Origin: Chthoniobacteraceae bacterium
Lineage (GTDB): Bacteria > Verrucomicrobiota > Verrucomicrobiia > Chthoniobacterales > Chthoniobacteraceae
Reading direction: 5' to 3'
Length of the DNA stretch: 45,489 bases
Assembly (NCBI GenBank): GCA_031409655.1
Contig: JANNXQ010000043.1
Location: 1 to 45,489 of the forward strand
Of this stretch, positions 19,484-29,717 are shown piece by piece; within the stretch, counting starts at the first letter, position 1; every line of letters starts with the position of its first letter. The position numbers and the translations under genes were made by a program. The notes under the pieces are model-generated. The model searched no databases. It saw only the letters and a list, made by a program, of their open reading frames with translations, and had not been told where the DNA came from.

Positions 19484-19660
19484 ATGAACCTTGGCTGTCT
19501 CATCGCGCTCGCACTATCCAAGGCGACCCATGCCGTGCATGATCGAGAAAGAGGTCGTTGTGCCGATGCACGATGGCGTGGCGCGACGTGGGAATGGATG
19601 CGTCCTGAGCCCAGTCCCTTCCGCGAGGGATCGACCAATGAATGTCGTATTAACTCAAGG
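19484..19660 (+). pseudogene. Possible decayed 5' fragment of a secreted CocE/NonD-type hydrolase
   Basis: Signal-like MNLGCLIALALSKATHAV, then in another frame MIEKEVVVPMHDGVA, resembling the CocE/NonD N-terminal VPMRDGV motif; no intact continuation. Confidence 0.35.
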
Positions 19661-19749
19661 CTGTGTAGAAAAAACCAGTTTCGACGCCAAGAGCGACCAA
19701 GACAAATACACTCACCTTTCGGTAGTCATCTCAGCGACTCCCACCCTCG

Positions 19750-22314
19750 ATGAAAACGATATGCCTCTTAACCCTTCTCTTACTCTCCGGGCCGTTCACT
19801 CGCGACGCGCGGGCTCAGCATGTTCACCCCGCGGACCATGCGACGCTTCCCGTGGCGGCGACGTTTACCGTCCCGCGGGCACCGCTTCAGCCGGAGTTTT
19901 GGCCGGCTTGGGACGCGCCGGTAAACCGCGATCGCGTCTTCGATTTCTACGGCAAACAAGCGGAGTGGGCGCGCGCACAGACGCCGATACCGGTGCTGCT
20001 CGGTCCGTATCCGGGGCTCGATGGCGGCCAGCAAGGCCATTGGGGAAATCAGAATGAGAACACTTGGCGCGACGGTCGATGGAACGAAACGGATTTTGGA
20101 TCCGTCGTCGCCGGCGTGGTCTGGCAGGAGCGGAAATCGGTGACCAAGGGGGTGTGCGTGCGGCTGGGAGAAAGCGGTGAACTGGCGTGCTGTTTTGATC
20201 CGCTCACGCTGACCTATCCCTTTGTCTGGAAAGGAGGCTTTGTGAAATACGATGCCTTCCGCCATGGCATCGGACAGGGCGTGCGGATCGCCGGGGAACT
20301 CGTGCCTGCCGAGCCCGGCGCGGCCGCTGGGCCGGGCTTCATTTACCACGGCTACTACCGGCACGGGCGGCAGGTGATTTTCAGCTATCGGCGCGATGGA
20401 GTGGAGATGCTTGATGCGCCGTCGGTGGAAGATGGGAAGTTCGTGCGCGTGGTCGCTCCGGCGGCGACGCATCCGCTCGCGGGCCTCACGAAAGGCGGAC
20501 CGGCGCAGTGGCCGCAGACGGTGGAGACGCGCGGCCAGCTCGGCACCACCGCGCCTTTCGCCGTGGATACGATCGAGCTTCCGTTTGCGAATCCGTGGAA
20601 GTCGCTCTTCTTCGTCGGCGACCATGATTTTCTCCCCAATGGCGACGGGGTGATCTGCACGATCATGGGTGAAGTGTGGACGGTCAGCGGGCTCGACGGC
20701 GATCTCGCGAAGCTGCGCTGGCGGCGCATCGCCACGGGGCTCAATCAGCCGCTCGGCTTGCGCTTCGTGGATGGCGTGATCCATGTCCTCGGGCGCGATC
20801 AGATCACCCGCCTGCGCGATCTCAATGGCGACGGCGAAACGGATTTCTACGAGTGCTTTTCCAACGCCTACACGACCTCGCCCGGCGGCCACGATTACAT
20901 CGCGGGTCTGCAGCGCGACGCGGCGGGCAACTGGTATTCCATCTCGCCCAATCAGGGACTGTTCCGCATTTCGCCCGATGGGCGAAACGTGGAGATCGTT
21001 GCCACCGGCTTTCGCAATCCGAACGGTGTGGGCCTCGCCGCGGACGGCACGCTCACGACTGCCTGCCAGGAGGGAAACTGGACGCCGGCCTCGCAAGTCT
21101 GCCTCGTGCCGCCCGGCGCGCGCGGGCTTTTCTTCGGCTACGGCGGTCCGCGCGATCAAATGCCCACCACGCCTCCGATGATCTATCTCCCGCGCGGCCT
21201 GGATAACTCGACCGGCGGCCAGTGCTATGTGGACACCGACCGCTGGGGCCTGCCGCGCGGCTCGCTGCTGAGCACTTCGTGGGGCACCGGTTCCACGCTC
21301 CTGCTCCTGCCGGAGAAAGTCGGCGAGGTCTGGCAAGCCGCCGCGGTCCAGGTGCCCGGCGAATTTCGCAGCGGCGCGCATCGCGGACGATTCCGCGCGC
21401 AGGACGGACAATTCTATGTGAGCGGATGTCAGGGCTGGGGGAGCTACACACCGGACGACGGTTGCTTTCAGCGCCTGCGCTGGACGGGCGCGGCGGTGCA
21501 GTTACCCGTCGAGATTCACGCGCGCGAAAATGGCGTGCTCGTCCGCTTTCCCCAACCGCTCGACGCCGCGCTCGCCGGCGATCCGCGCAATCACTTCGCG
21601 CAGACTTGGAACTACCGCTACGCGAAAGACTACGGCTCGCTGGAGTATTCCACCCGCTGGCCGGACACGCCCGGCCACGACCCGCTCGAGATCACCAGCA
21701 CACACGTTCTCGCCGATGGCCACACCCTCTTCCTGGAAATCCCGCAGCTCCAACCCGCCGGCCAGCTTCACCTGCACCTCCGCGTCGGGGCTCAGCCCAT
21801 CGATGTCTTCGCCACGCCGCATCGGCTCGGCCCAGCGTTCACGGAATTTCCCGGATACCGCGCGATCGCAAAATCAGCACCCGTGATGACCCCGCATGTC
21901 GAAGCACCCGCGAAGCCCAACCCATGGACCAAAGGCGAGCCCGGCCGTGCCGTGCGCATCGAGACCGCGAGCGGCCTCACCTATGCGACCAAGCGCTTCA
22001 CCGTGAAAGCGCGCGAGCGCATTTCCCTCACCCTCGCCAATCCCGACACCATGCCGCACAACCTCGCGATCGCGAAACCCGGCACGTTGGCCAAGGTGGG
22101 CGACGGCGCGAATCGCATGGCGGCGCAGCCCGACGGCGGGTCGAAAAGCTACATCCCGCCCGGCGACGAAGTGCTCTTTTTCACTGACATCATCGAGGCC
22201 GGAAAATCCTTCACCATCAATTTCACCGCACCCGCCGAGCCCGGCGAATACCCGTTTCTCTGCACCTTCCCCGGCCACTGGCAGATCATGAACGGGATCA
22301 TGGTGGTGGATTGA
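19750..22314 (+). CDS. Secreted DUF6797-like + beta-propeller protein with C-terminal plastocyanin/azurin (type 1 copper) domain
   Basis: Signal peptide; GLNQPLGL, DLNGDGETDFYE, GFRNPNG, QEGNWTP; copper ligands MPHN and CTFPGHWQIM. Confidence 0.85.
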   Translation: MKTICLLTLLLLSGPFTRDARAQHVHPADHATLPVAATFTVPRAPLQPEFWPAWDAPVNRDRVFDFYGKQAEWARAQTPIPVLLGPYPGLDGGQQGHWGNQNENTWRDGRWNETDFGSVVAGVVWQERKSVTKGVCVRLGESGELACCFDPLTLTYPFVWKGGFVKYDAFRHGIGQGVRIAGELVPAEPGAAAGPGFIYHGYYRHGRQVIFSYRRDGVEMLDAPSVEDGKFVRVVAPAATHPLAGLTKGGPAQWPQTVETRGQLGTTAPFAVDTIELPFANPWKSLFFVGDHDFLPNGDGVICTIMGEVWTVSGLDGDLAKLRWRRIATGLNQPLGLRFVDGVIHVLGRDQITRLRDLNGDGETDFYECFSNAYTTSPGGHDYIAGLQRDAAGNWYSISPNQGLFRISPDGRNVEIVATGFRNPNGVGLAADGTLTTACQEGNWTPASQVCLVPPGARGLFFGYGGPRDQMPTTPPMIYLPRGLDNSTGGQCYVDTDRWGLPRGSLLSTSWGTGSTLLLLPEKVGEVWQAAAVQVPGEFRSGAHRGRFRAQDGQFYVSGCQGWGSYTPDDGCFQRLRWTGAAVQLPVEIHARENGVLVRFPQPLDAALAGDPRNHFAQTWNYRYAKDYGSLEYSTRWPDTPGHDPLEITSTHVLADGHTLFLEIPQLQPAGQLHLHLRVGAQPIDVFATPHRLGPAFTEFPGYRAIAKSAPVMTPHVEAPAKPNPWTKGEPGRAVRIETASGLTYATKRFTVKARERISLTLANPDTMPHNLAIAKPGTLAKVGDGANRMAAQPDGGSKSYIPPGDEVLFFTDIIEAGKSFTINFTAPAEPGEYPFLCTFPGHWQIMNGIMVVD

Positions 22315-22358
22315 TGCGGCGACGCACCCTTGCATCGCCGGAGGCGCGGGCCGAACCG

Positions 22359-22522
22359 CTCGCCACTTTCGCCTGCCGCGTCCACGTAAGCTCCCGGCAC
22401 CTGCACCGCCTCCGCCTGCGCGAGTTCGGCCCAATCCTCATACAGCACCTCACCGCCATGCGTTGCGCGCCTTCAAACGCTGGGTCGGCCTGAGCCCGAG
22501 CGAGTATCGCCGGCGGCGGTAA
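22359..22522 (+). pseudogene. Degenerate, internally deleted copy of the araC 3' end
   Basis: Encodes LATFACRVHVSSRHLHRLRLREFGPILIQHLTAMR versus AraC LTTLARRVHMSPEHLRRLCLRELGRSPMQHLTAMR. 22466-22522 matches 19156-19212 at 52/57 nt by manual count. About 91 nt are missing between the two blocks. Confidence 0.88.
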
Positions 22523-22543
22523 GTTTACGGTCGAGTCGCCGCC

Positions 22544-25500
22544 TCAGAACTCGCCGAGCGCTCTGAGGCGCTGGGCGGATGTGGGTTGGGCGGTGCCGAG
22601 TTCCTGGGCGAAGAGCGAGACGCGGAATTCTTCGAGCATCCAGCGGAAGGTCTCGCGTTGCACGGCGAGGACGCGGGTTTCCCATTGGGCGAAAGGGGCG
22701 AGTTGTTTGGCTTTCTCGGTGTCTTTCGCGGGGCTGATGGCGGCGCGCTCGGCGCGGATCTGGATGGCGCGCAGGTAGCGGTGAAGGTGCGGCAGGTGCG
22801 CGGTGGGAGTGCGGGCGAGGAAGTCGGCGGAAGCGAGGCGTTGCACGTCGGCGTCGAGACCGGGGTAGCGTTTGGGCGAGGTGAGGATCTTCTGGCGGAG
22901 GTCGAGGACCTGGCGCGTGGTTTCGCTGAGCTGCCAGGTGAGCATGGGCAGATCGCTTCGCGCCTTTTCGAGCATGGCGACGAAGCGCGCTTCGGTGAGT
23001 GGCAGGATGGGCGTGAGCTGCAGCACGTGGGTGATCAGGTGCTGGTAGGCGCTCTTTTGCAGCACGTCGGGTGAGATGGAATTCGGCGAGGGCGCTTGAA
23101 GTTTTGCGCCGAGCTGGTGCAGCGCGTCGTGGAAGTTCGCGGCTTGTTTCGGGGCGCCGGGGATGTGGCGCGCGAGGGTGGCGAGTTCTTTCCAGAGCCG
23201 AGCGAGATCACGGGCGAGGACGAGTTCGCCGAGGCGCTGCACGGCGGGGGGTGAGGCGGCGAGGGCTTCGGCGCGCTTGCGGAAGAGGCGGACGTCCACT
23301 TCGCCTTCGCGGATGGCGAGTCCGGGATAAGCGAGCACCGGCGCGCCGCCGACTTCCTCGACGACCACCGACTCCGGCAGATCGCCAAACGACCACACCG
23401 TGACCGCCCGCTGTTCCCACTGCCGCACCGCTTTATCCCACGCTGCGGAACGCAAATCGCGGATCTCCACCTGGGCGTGGATCGCCGCGAGGTCACGGCC
23501 AGCGGCGACCGTTTTGTTGCTGCGATCCACGACTTCGACACGCGGTTGCAGATGCGCGGGAAGGCTTTGCGGAGGCCAATCGGCGGCCCGCACCGTCAGG
23601 CGATATTTTCGCGAAAGGAAGTCGGCGAGGGCCGTGAGGAAGTCCGCGCGGCCGGGCTGAAACTCCGCGGCGATCTCGCGGATCTTCGGCTCCAGCGGCA
23701 TGAGGGGTTTTCGCACGGCCTTGGGCAGGGCGCGGAGGAGCACGCCAATCTGCTCTTCGCGCAGACCGGGGACCATCCACTGGAGCTGGCCAGTGGTGAG
23801 TTGCTCGGCCACGGGCAAGGGGACGCGCACGGTGACGCCGTCGGCTTCGTGTCCCGGCGTGTAGGCGTAGGTGATCGGAAGGGCGGTGTGGCCGAGCGAG
23901 ACGTGGTCGGGAAAGAGCTGGCGATCGTAAGTCGCGTCGTCGTCGCCGATGAGGTCGGCCTCGGTGGCGCAGAGGAAATCCGGCTCGCGCCCGATGCGGT
24001 CGCGCACGAGCCGATTGAAATCATGCACGGACGAGACGCCTTCGATGCGCGCGGCGTAGAACTGGTAGAGCGACTCCTCGAGGTCGTGCGCCCGCCGACT
24101 GCGCACGCGGGTCAGCGCGGTCTCGATCTTGTCGCGCACCTTGCGGTTCTCGCTGAAGAACCGATGCGGCAGCTTCGCCTCCTCGGCGACGAGCGCGCCG
24201 CGGATGAAAAGCTCGGTCGCTTTCACGAGATCGATGCGGCCGAAATCGACAAGCCGCCGCGCGATCTCGAGTCCATGGACGAGCACGCGCTCGAGCACGA
24301 GCACGCGCCCGGCCTTCGCGCTCCAGTGCGGCTCGGTGTGGCGGAACTGGCAGAGGTGCGCGCCGAGGTCGATGACCCACTCGGGATTGATGCCCGCGAC
24401 CATCCGCGCGAAGAGCTGCGACGTTTCCACGATCTCGCCGGCGACGATCCAGAGCGGCTGGCGCGACTTTTCGTCGGGCTTCGCAGCCGCGGCAGATTTG
24501 CGCGGTTTCTCGCGGCGCTCGTAGAGATTCGATCCGGGGAAAAGCGTCACCGCGCGATCGCCGGATGCCTTGTAAGTATTTCGCTCCTGCCGCAGTGCGA
24601 TCTGTCCGAGGAGGCCGGAGAGCACCGCGCGATGGATGGCGGGATAGTCCACGTCGTCGGCCTTGCGGACCTCGCGCGTGGGCGCGTAGTCCTCCACGGC
24701 CTCGGTGAGCTGGCGGTGAATGTCGCGCCACTCGCGCAGGCGGGAGACGGAGAGGAAGTTCGCTTTGCAAAAACGCCGCAGCGCATTGCCGCTCGCGCGT
24801 GATTCGGCGTCGGGCGCGGCGCGCCAGAGATTGAGCAGCGAAAGGAAATCCGAGTCGGGATCGGCGAAGACTTTGTGCGCCGCGGCCGCGGCATCTTTTG
24901 CGTCTTCGGGACGCTCGCGCGGATCGGGCACGCTGAGGCCGGCGGCGATCACGAGCATCTCCGACAGCACCTTTTCCTCCCGCGCCTGGAGGAGCATGCG
25001 GCCGAGTGTGGGGTCGATCGGCAGCCGCGCGAGTTCGCGTCCGAGTGGCGTGAGTTCATTGATGTCGCTGAGCGCGCCGAGTTCGTGGAGCAGTGTGTAG
25101 CCGGCGCGGATCGCGGCGGCGACGGGTGGATTGAGGAAGGGGAACGTCTCAATGTCACCTAGGCGGAAGGCCTTCATCCGCAGGATGACCTCCGCGAGGT
25201 TCGCACGCTGGATCTCGGGCTGGGTGAAGCGCGGGCGCTTTTCAAAATCCTCCTGGTCGAAGAGGCGGATGCAGATGCCGTCTTGCACGCGGCCCGCGCG
25301 GCCCGCGCGCTGATTGGCGCTGCTTTGCGAGACTTCCTCGACCGGCAGTCGCTTGGTGCGCGTGCGCGGATTGTAGCGGCTCATCCGTGAGAGGCCGGCG
25401 TCGATGACGTAGCGGATGCGCGGGAGCGTGATGGAAGTTTCGGCGATGTTCGTGGCCACGATCACGCGCCGGCGTGGGCCAGGCGCGAAGATGCGCTGCT

Positions 25501-26308
25501 GCTCGGCGGCGGGCATGCGTCCGAAGAGTCCGATGACCTCGATGCCGGAGCCGAGGCTGCCTTCGAGCAGCTCGCGGGTGTCGCGGATGTCGCGCTCGGT
25601 CGGCATGAAGACGAGCACGTCGCCGGCTTCCGACTCGATGAGTGCGTCTTCGGTCGCGCGAACCGCGGCCTCGATGTGGCTGAGTTCGTCGGCGTCTTCG
25701 TCGTGGCGCGCGTGCGATTCGATCGGCGCGTAACGGATCTCCACGGGCCACAGTCGCCCGGAGACTTCGATGATCGGCGCGCCGCCGAAGGCTTTCGAGA
25801 AGGCCTCCGTGTCGATGGTGGCGGAGGTGATGATGAGCTTCAGATCGCCGCGTTTCCGCAGCAGGCTTTGCAGGTAGCCGAGGAGGAAATCGATGTTCAG
25901 CGAACGCTCGTGCGCCTCGTCGAGGATGAGGGCGGAATAGGCGCGCAGCAGCGGGTCCGACTGGATCTCGGCGAGCAGGATGCCGTCGGTCATGAACTTC
26001 ACGCGCGTGTCGCGCGCCGTGTCGTCATTGAAGCGCATCTTGCAGCCGACCTCGCGTCCCCACGCGACGCCGAGCTCCTCCGCGACGCGCTTCGAGACGC
26101 TCAGCGCCGCAACGCGCCGGGGCTGGGTGCAGCCGATTTTCCCGCGCAGCGCGAGCCCCGCATCGAGGCACATTTTCGGAAGTTGGGTGGTCTTGCCCGA
26201 ACCCGTTTCCCCCGCGACGACGACGACCTGATGATTCCGGATAGCGGCGACGATCTCCTCACGCCGTGCGGTGATCGGCAGGTCAGCGGGATAAGTGATC
26301 GTGGCCAT
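22544..26308 (-). CDS. hrpA: ATP-dependent DEAH-box RNA helicase HrpA
   Basis: GETGSGKTTQLPK, TQPRRVAA, DEAHER, SAT, ATNIAETSIT, QRAGRAGR; C-terminal RWMLEEFRVSLFAQELGT typical of HrpA. Confidence 0.95.
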   Translation of the reverse strand: MATITYPADLPITARREEIVAAIRNHQVVVVAGETGSGKTTQLPKMCLDAGLALRGKIGCTQPRRVAALSVSKRVAEELGVAWGREVGCKMRFNDDTARDTRVKFMTDGILLAEIQSDPLLRAYSALILDEAHERSLNIDFLLGYLQSLLRKRGDLKLIITSATIDTEAFSKAFGGAPIIEVSGRLWPVEIRYAPIESHARHDEDADELSHIEAAVRATEDALIESEAGDVLVFMPTERDIRDTRELLEGSLGSGIEVIGLFGRMPAAEQQRIFAPGPRRRVIVATNIAETSITLPRIRYVIDAGLSRMSRYNPRTRTKRLPVEEVSQSSANQRAGRAGRVQDGICIRLFDQEDFEKRPRFTQPEIQRANLAEVILRMKAFRLGDIETFPFLNPPVAAAIRAGYTLLHELGALSDINELTPLGRELARLPIDPTLGRMLLQAREEKVLSEMLVIAAGLSVPDPRERPEDAKDAAAAAHKVFADPDSDFLSLLNLWRAAPDAESRASGNALRRFCKANFLSVSRLREWRDIHRQLTEAVEDYAPTREVRKADDVDYPAIHRAVLSGLLGQIALRQERNTYKASGDRAVTLFPGSNLYERREKPRKSAAAAKPDEKSRQPLWIVAGEIVETSQLFARMVAGINPEWVIDLGAHLCQFRHTEPHWSAKAGRVLVLERVLVHGLEIARRLVDFGRIDLVKATELFIRGALVAEEAKLPHRFFSENRKVRDKIETALTRVRSRRAHDLEESLYQFYAARIEGVSSVHDFNRLVRDRIGREPDFLCATEADLIGDDDATYDRQLFPDHVSLGHTALPITYAYTPGHEADGVTVRVPLPVAEQLTTGQLQWMVPGLREEQIGVLLRALPKAVRKPLMPLEPKIREIAAEFQPGRADFLTALADFLSRKYRLTVRAADWPPQSLPAHLQPRVEVVDRSNKTVAAGRDLAAIHAQVEIRDLRSAAWDKAVRQWEQRAVTVWSFGDLPESVVVEEVGGAPVLAYPGLAIREGEVDVRLFRKRAEALAASPPAVQRLGELVLARDLARLWKELATLARHIPGAPKQAANFHDALHQLGAKLQAPSPNSISPDVLQKSAYQHLITHVLQLTPILPLTEARFVAMLEKARSDLPMLTWQLSETTRQVLDLRQKILTSPKRYPGLDADVQRLASADFLARTPTAHLPHLHRYLRAIQIRAERAAISPAKDTEKAKQLAPFAQWETRVLAVQRETFRWMLEEFRVSLFAQELGTAQPTSAQRLRALGEF

Positions 26309-26378
26309 GCCGTGGGAAGGGGTGGCGACAATACACGGGAACGCCGGGGCGGAAAATCACGTCAGGCTGGAGGTGGTC

Positions 26379-29300
26379 TTACTCCAGCACGAGCACGCCG
26401 CGCATGACGCGCCAGTGGCCGGGGAAGGTGCAGAGGAAGGGGTAGCGTCCGGGGGCGGCGGGGGCGGTGAAGGTGAGTTCGGCTTTTTGTGTGGGCTGCA
26501 CGAGCGGGGTGGCGTGGAGGACTTTCGGTGAGGCGGGGATGTACTGTTTGGTGAGGCCGTCGGGCTGGAGGGCCATGGCGTCGGCAAGGGCGCCGATTTC
26601 TCCCGCGGAGTCGGGCGTGCAGAGGACGAAGTTGTGGGCCATGAGGTCGGGGTTCTCGAAGATGATGCGCACCGGCGCGCCGGCTTTCGCGCGCAGTTCG
26701 GTGGGGGCGAATTTCATCTGATTCGGCACGGCTTGGATGCGCAGTGCGGAGCCGAGGTCGGCGTTCGCTTTCTCCCACGCGGCGGCGAACGCGAGCAGCG
26801 CGGGGGTGTCGCTGGCGGGCTTCACGTCGGCGAGGCGCTGGCCGAGCGGATCGTAAAGACGGACGGCGGGCGGGGCGCCGGCGCGGAGTTTGCGGTAGGC
26901 GATCTCGATGACGTTGAGGCCGGGGCGCAGGTCGAGTTGCACCTGCTGTTCACTGCTCCACTGCGTGTCGCTGGAGAGGAGCTGCACGCCGTTCACGTTC
27001 ACGTCGAGGAAGCCGTGTTTCACGGCGAGGATCGCGGGTTGCGCGGAGCTGGCTTCGACGAAGGTGCGGAAGAGGCCGTCGGGTTTGCCTTTCACCTTGG
27101 GATCGAAAGGCACGCCGTCGCGCAGCCATTGCGTGAGCTGGGTGTCGGGGGCGACTTCGAGCACGGGCACGCTGCGTCCGCGCGTGGACTTCGTGCCGGC
27201 TTTCAGTGAAGCGAGCATGCGCTGCACGGGCGCTTCCTCGGACTTCAGCGCGTGGAGCGCGTGTTCGACCTGCGGCATCGTGACGCGGAGATGCGAGATC
27301 CCGTTCAGCACGGCGATGCGGACGCGCGGGTCGGGATCGGCGGCGGCGGTGTGGAGCAGCGTGGGGGCATCGAGACGGTCGGTTTGAAAACGGATGAGCG
27401 CGACGGCGGCGGCGCGGGTCATCGGGTCCTTTGATCCCAACGCTTCGCCGAGCAGCGCGGGGCGCACTTCGCCTTTCGAGTGCAGGAGCCAGAGCGCCTC
27501 GAGCGCGGCCTGAGCGAACTCCGGCTTCGTGCGATCGAACGCTGCGATCCAGCGCTCCACCTCGGCGGCGGCGTCCACTTTCCGCAGCTCGATCCGCGCA
27601 TGATGGCGCACGAGATCCTGCGGGTGGGTGAGCAGCGCGAGCAGCTCCGGCACGCTCGCGCCTTCGATGCGCGGCCAGTCTTTCACGAGCGGCTTCGCGG
27701 TGTTCACGACGCGCCAGATGCGGCCGTGCTCGTGATCCCACTGCGGGTCGCGCATCGGGTGCTGGGCGTGGCCGATGATGCTGCTGCTGAAGTCCGAGAC
27801 GTAGAGCGCGCCATCGAGCCCGAAGGCGAGATCGACGGGACGGAACGCGGCGTTCGGCGAGGAGAGCAGATCGAGGCGATCCGCGGCGACGACGGCACCG
27901 GCGTCCATCTTTCGGCGCGAGAGGGCGACGAAGTAGTTGCCCAGCAGCGTCGCGCTCACGAAGCCCTGCTGCGCGTCGTCGGGAAAATTCGGGCTGGAGA
28001 CGACGGCGGCGCCGGAGCCTTTGCCGTAGTTCAGCACCGTGGCTTCGCCGTATGGGTGCGCGACGCCGAGCGGCGTCCAGGTGTTCTGCAGTTCGTCGAG
28101 GAAGTGGCCGCCGCCGTACATCTGAAAGAGGTTGCCCCAGCGGTCGAAGGTGATCTTCCACGGGTTCGGCGTCATCGTTTGGTACTCGTTCCAGATGCGG
28201 CCGGTGGCGGGATCGAGCCGGTAGGTGGTCGCGTCGATGCCGCGCACGACGCCGAACGGCGTCTCGAACTGCGAGCGATGGAAGACGCCGTCGCAGAACA
28301 TCACGTGGCCGAGTGGATCGGTGGAGACCATGCCGCCGTGATGCGAGTCGGTGACATCGACGCCGCGGAGCAGTTCGCGCGTCTGGTCGGCGCGTCCGTC
28401 GCCATTCGAGTCGCGCATGAGCAGCAGGCGCGGCTGCGCGGAGACGATCACGCCGTCCTGGTGAAAGGCGATGCCGTCGAGCGCGTCGAGGCCGTCGGCG
28501 AAGATCGTCTGCTTGTCCGCTTTGCCGTCGCGATCGGTGTCTTCGAGGATGAGCAGCTTGTCCTTTGGCACCTCGCCGGGAACGGTGTGCGGCCACGTCG
28601 GCATGGTCACGACCCAGAGCCGTCCGCGCGCATCGAAGGCGATCTGCACGGGGTTTTTCAGGTCGGGAAACTCGGCCTCGGATGCGAATAGATTCAGCGC
28701 GTAACCGTCGGCGACTTTGATCTCGGCCTGCTGTTTGGCGGGCGACTTGATGGTGCCCGCGCCAAAGCGGTCCTTGTTACTCTTTCCCTCGCCGAGCGGC
28801 GGGAGGGTGGGGCGGGGGAAGTCGGTGAATTTCGCGCCCGGCCGGCTCACGATCTCGCGGAGGATGTCGTCCGCTTTTTCGATGAGCTGATGGTAGCGCG
28901 GGATCTCGGCGTCGTATTCGTCCTGGCGCTTGCGCACGCCGAAATAGACGACCGCGTTTTTCGGCCGCACGACCTCGGCGACGAAGCGCGACTTCTGCGC
29001 CGCGGCCTGCGCGACTTCAGTGAGGCGGGCGTCGTCCACCGCTGCGTCGCCGACGAAGGCGCGGGCGATCACGCGCGCCATTTCACGCGAGCCGGCGTCG
29101 TTGAGGTGAAGGCCGCGATCGGTGAGCGGTTCTGAGTGCTTCGCGTATGCCGCGCGGCTGGTGGCGAAAAGATCGACGAACTTGGCGTCGCGCTTCGCCG
29201 CGGCCTCGGCGAGCGCTTTCGCATACAGCTCCACGTGGCGATTGCGTCCATCCTCGATGGCGATGGGCGAGAGCACGACGAACTTCGCGCCCGGATGGAC

Positions 29301-29717
29301 CCGCGCGAGCTGACTGAGATGCGCGTCGAGTTGCGTGCGGAAGTCCGCCAGCCCGGCCTCGCCGGCGAAGGATTCATTCAGTCCGTAGCCCACGACCACG
29401 ACGTTCGCGGGCCACTTCGCGAGCAGGTTCTTCAAGTGCTCGACGTAGCCCTCGGGCCGCTGGCGATTGCCCACTTCATCGCCCGTCCACGCGAGACTGC
29501 GGAAGCGGAGCTTCAGCTCAGGGCGCGCGATTTGGATGCGGGATTCCATCTCCCCATTTTCGCAGAGCCGCTCGACCATGCCGCCGCCGTAGAAGAGGAC
29601 GGCATCATTTGCTTTCAGCGGAATCTCGGCGCGCGCGGCGATCGCGAAGGTGACGAGGCCAAGGATCAGGGCGAGTGCGGTGCGGAGTGGTGCGTTGAAG
29701 GGAATGTGGAGTTGCAT
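26379..29717 (-). CDS. Secreted PVC-type protein: degenerate SGNH domain + beta-propeller + HEAT repeats + C-terminal azurin/auracyanin-like copper domain
   Basis: Start placed at MQLHIPF (signal peptide). GYGLNES and DRGLHLN (SGNH); FASEAEFPDLKNPV, DTDRDGKAD, FRPVDLAFGLDGALYVSDF, DHEHGRIWR; HEAT-like DPDPRVRIA; MAHNFV and CTFPGHWRVM copper ligands; no CxxCH seen. Confidence 0.85.
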   Translation of the reverse strand: MQLHIPFNAPLRTALALILGLVTFAIAARAEIPLKANDAVLFYGGGMVERLCENGEMESRIQIARPELKLRFRSLAWTGDEVGNRQRPEGYVEHLKNLLAKWPANVVVVGYGLNESFAGEAGLADFRTQLDAHLSQLARVHPGAKFVVLSPIAIEDGRNRHVELYAKALAEAAAKRDAKFVDLFATSRAAYAKHSEPLTDRGLHLNDAGSREMARVIARAFVGDAAVDDARLTEVAQAAAQKSRFVAEVVRPKNAVVYFGVRKRQDEYDAEIPRYHQLIEKADDILREIVSRPGAKFTDFPRPTLPPLGEGKSNKDRFGAGTIKSPAKQQAEIKVADGYALNLFASEAEFPDLKNPVQIAFDARGRLWVVTMPTWPHTVPGEVPKDKLLILEDTDRDGKADKQTIFADGLDALDGIAFHQDGVIVSAQPRLLLMRDSNGDGRADQTRELLRGVDVTDSHHGGMVSTDPLGHVMFCDGVFHRSQFETPFGVVRGIDATTYRLDPATGRIWNEYQTMTPNPWKITFDRWGNLFQMYGGGHFLDELQNTWTPLGVAHPYGEATVLNYGKGSGAAVVSSPNFPDDAQQGFVSATLLGNYFVALSRRKMDAGAVVAADRLDLLSSPNAAFRPVDLAFGLDGALYVSDFSSSIIGHAQHPMRDPQWDHEHGRIWRVVNTAKPLVKDWPRIEGASVPELLALLTHPQDLVRHHARIELRKVDAAAEVERWIAAFDRTKPEFAQAALEALWLLHSKGEVRPALLGEALGSKDPMTRAAAVALIRFQTDRLDAPTLLHTAAADPDPRVRIAVLNGISHLRVTMPQVEHALHALKSEEAPVQRMLASLKAGTKSTRGRSVPVLEVAPDTQLTQWLRDGVPFDPKVKGKPDGLFRTFVEASSAQPAILAVKHGFLDVNVNGVQLLSSDTQWSSEQQVQLDLRPGLNVIEIAYRKLRAGAPPAVRLYDPLGQRLADVKPASDTPALLAFAAAWEKANADLGSALRIQAVPNQMKFAPTELRAKAGAPVRIIFENPDLMAHNFVLCTPDSAGEIGALADAMALQPDGLTKQYIPASPKVLHATPLVQPTQKAELTFTAPAAPGRYPFLCTFPGHWRVMRGVLVLE

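Noticed and set aside
25288..25310. Tandem GCGGCCCGC repeat
   Set aside because: Encodes the conserved helicase motif VI (RAGRAGR).
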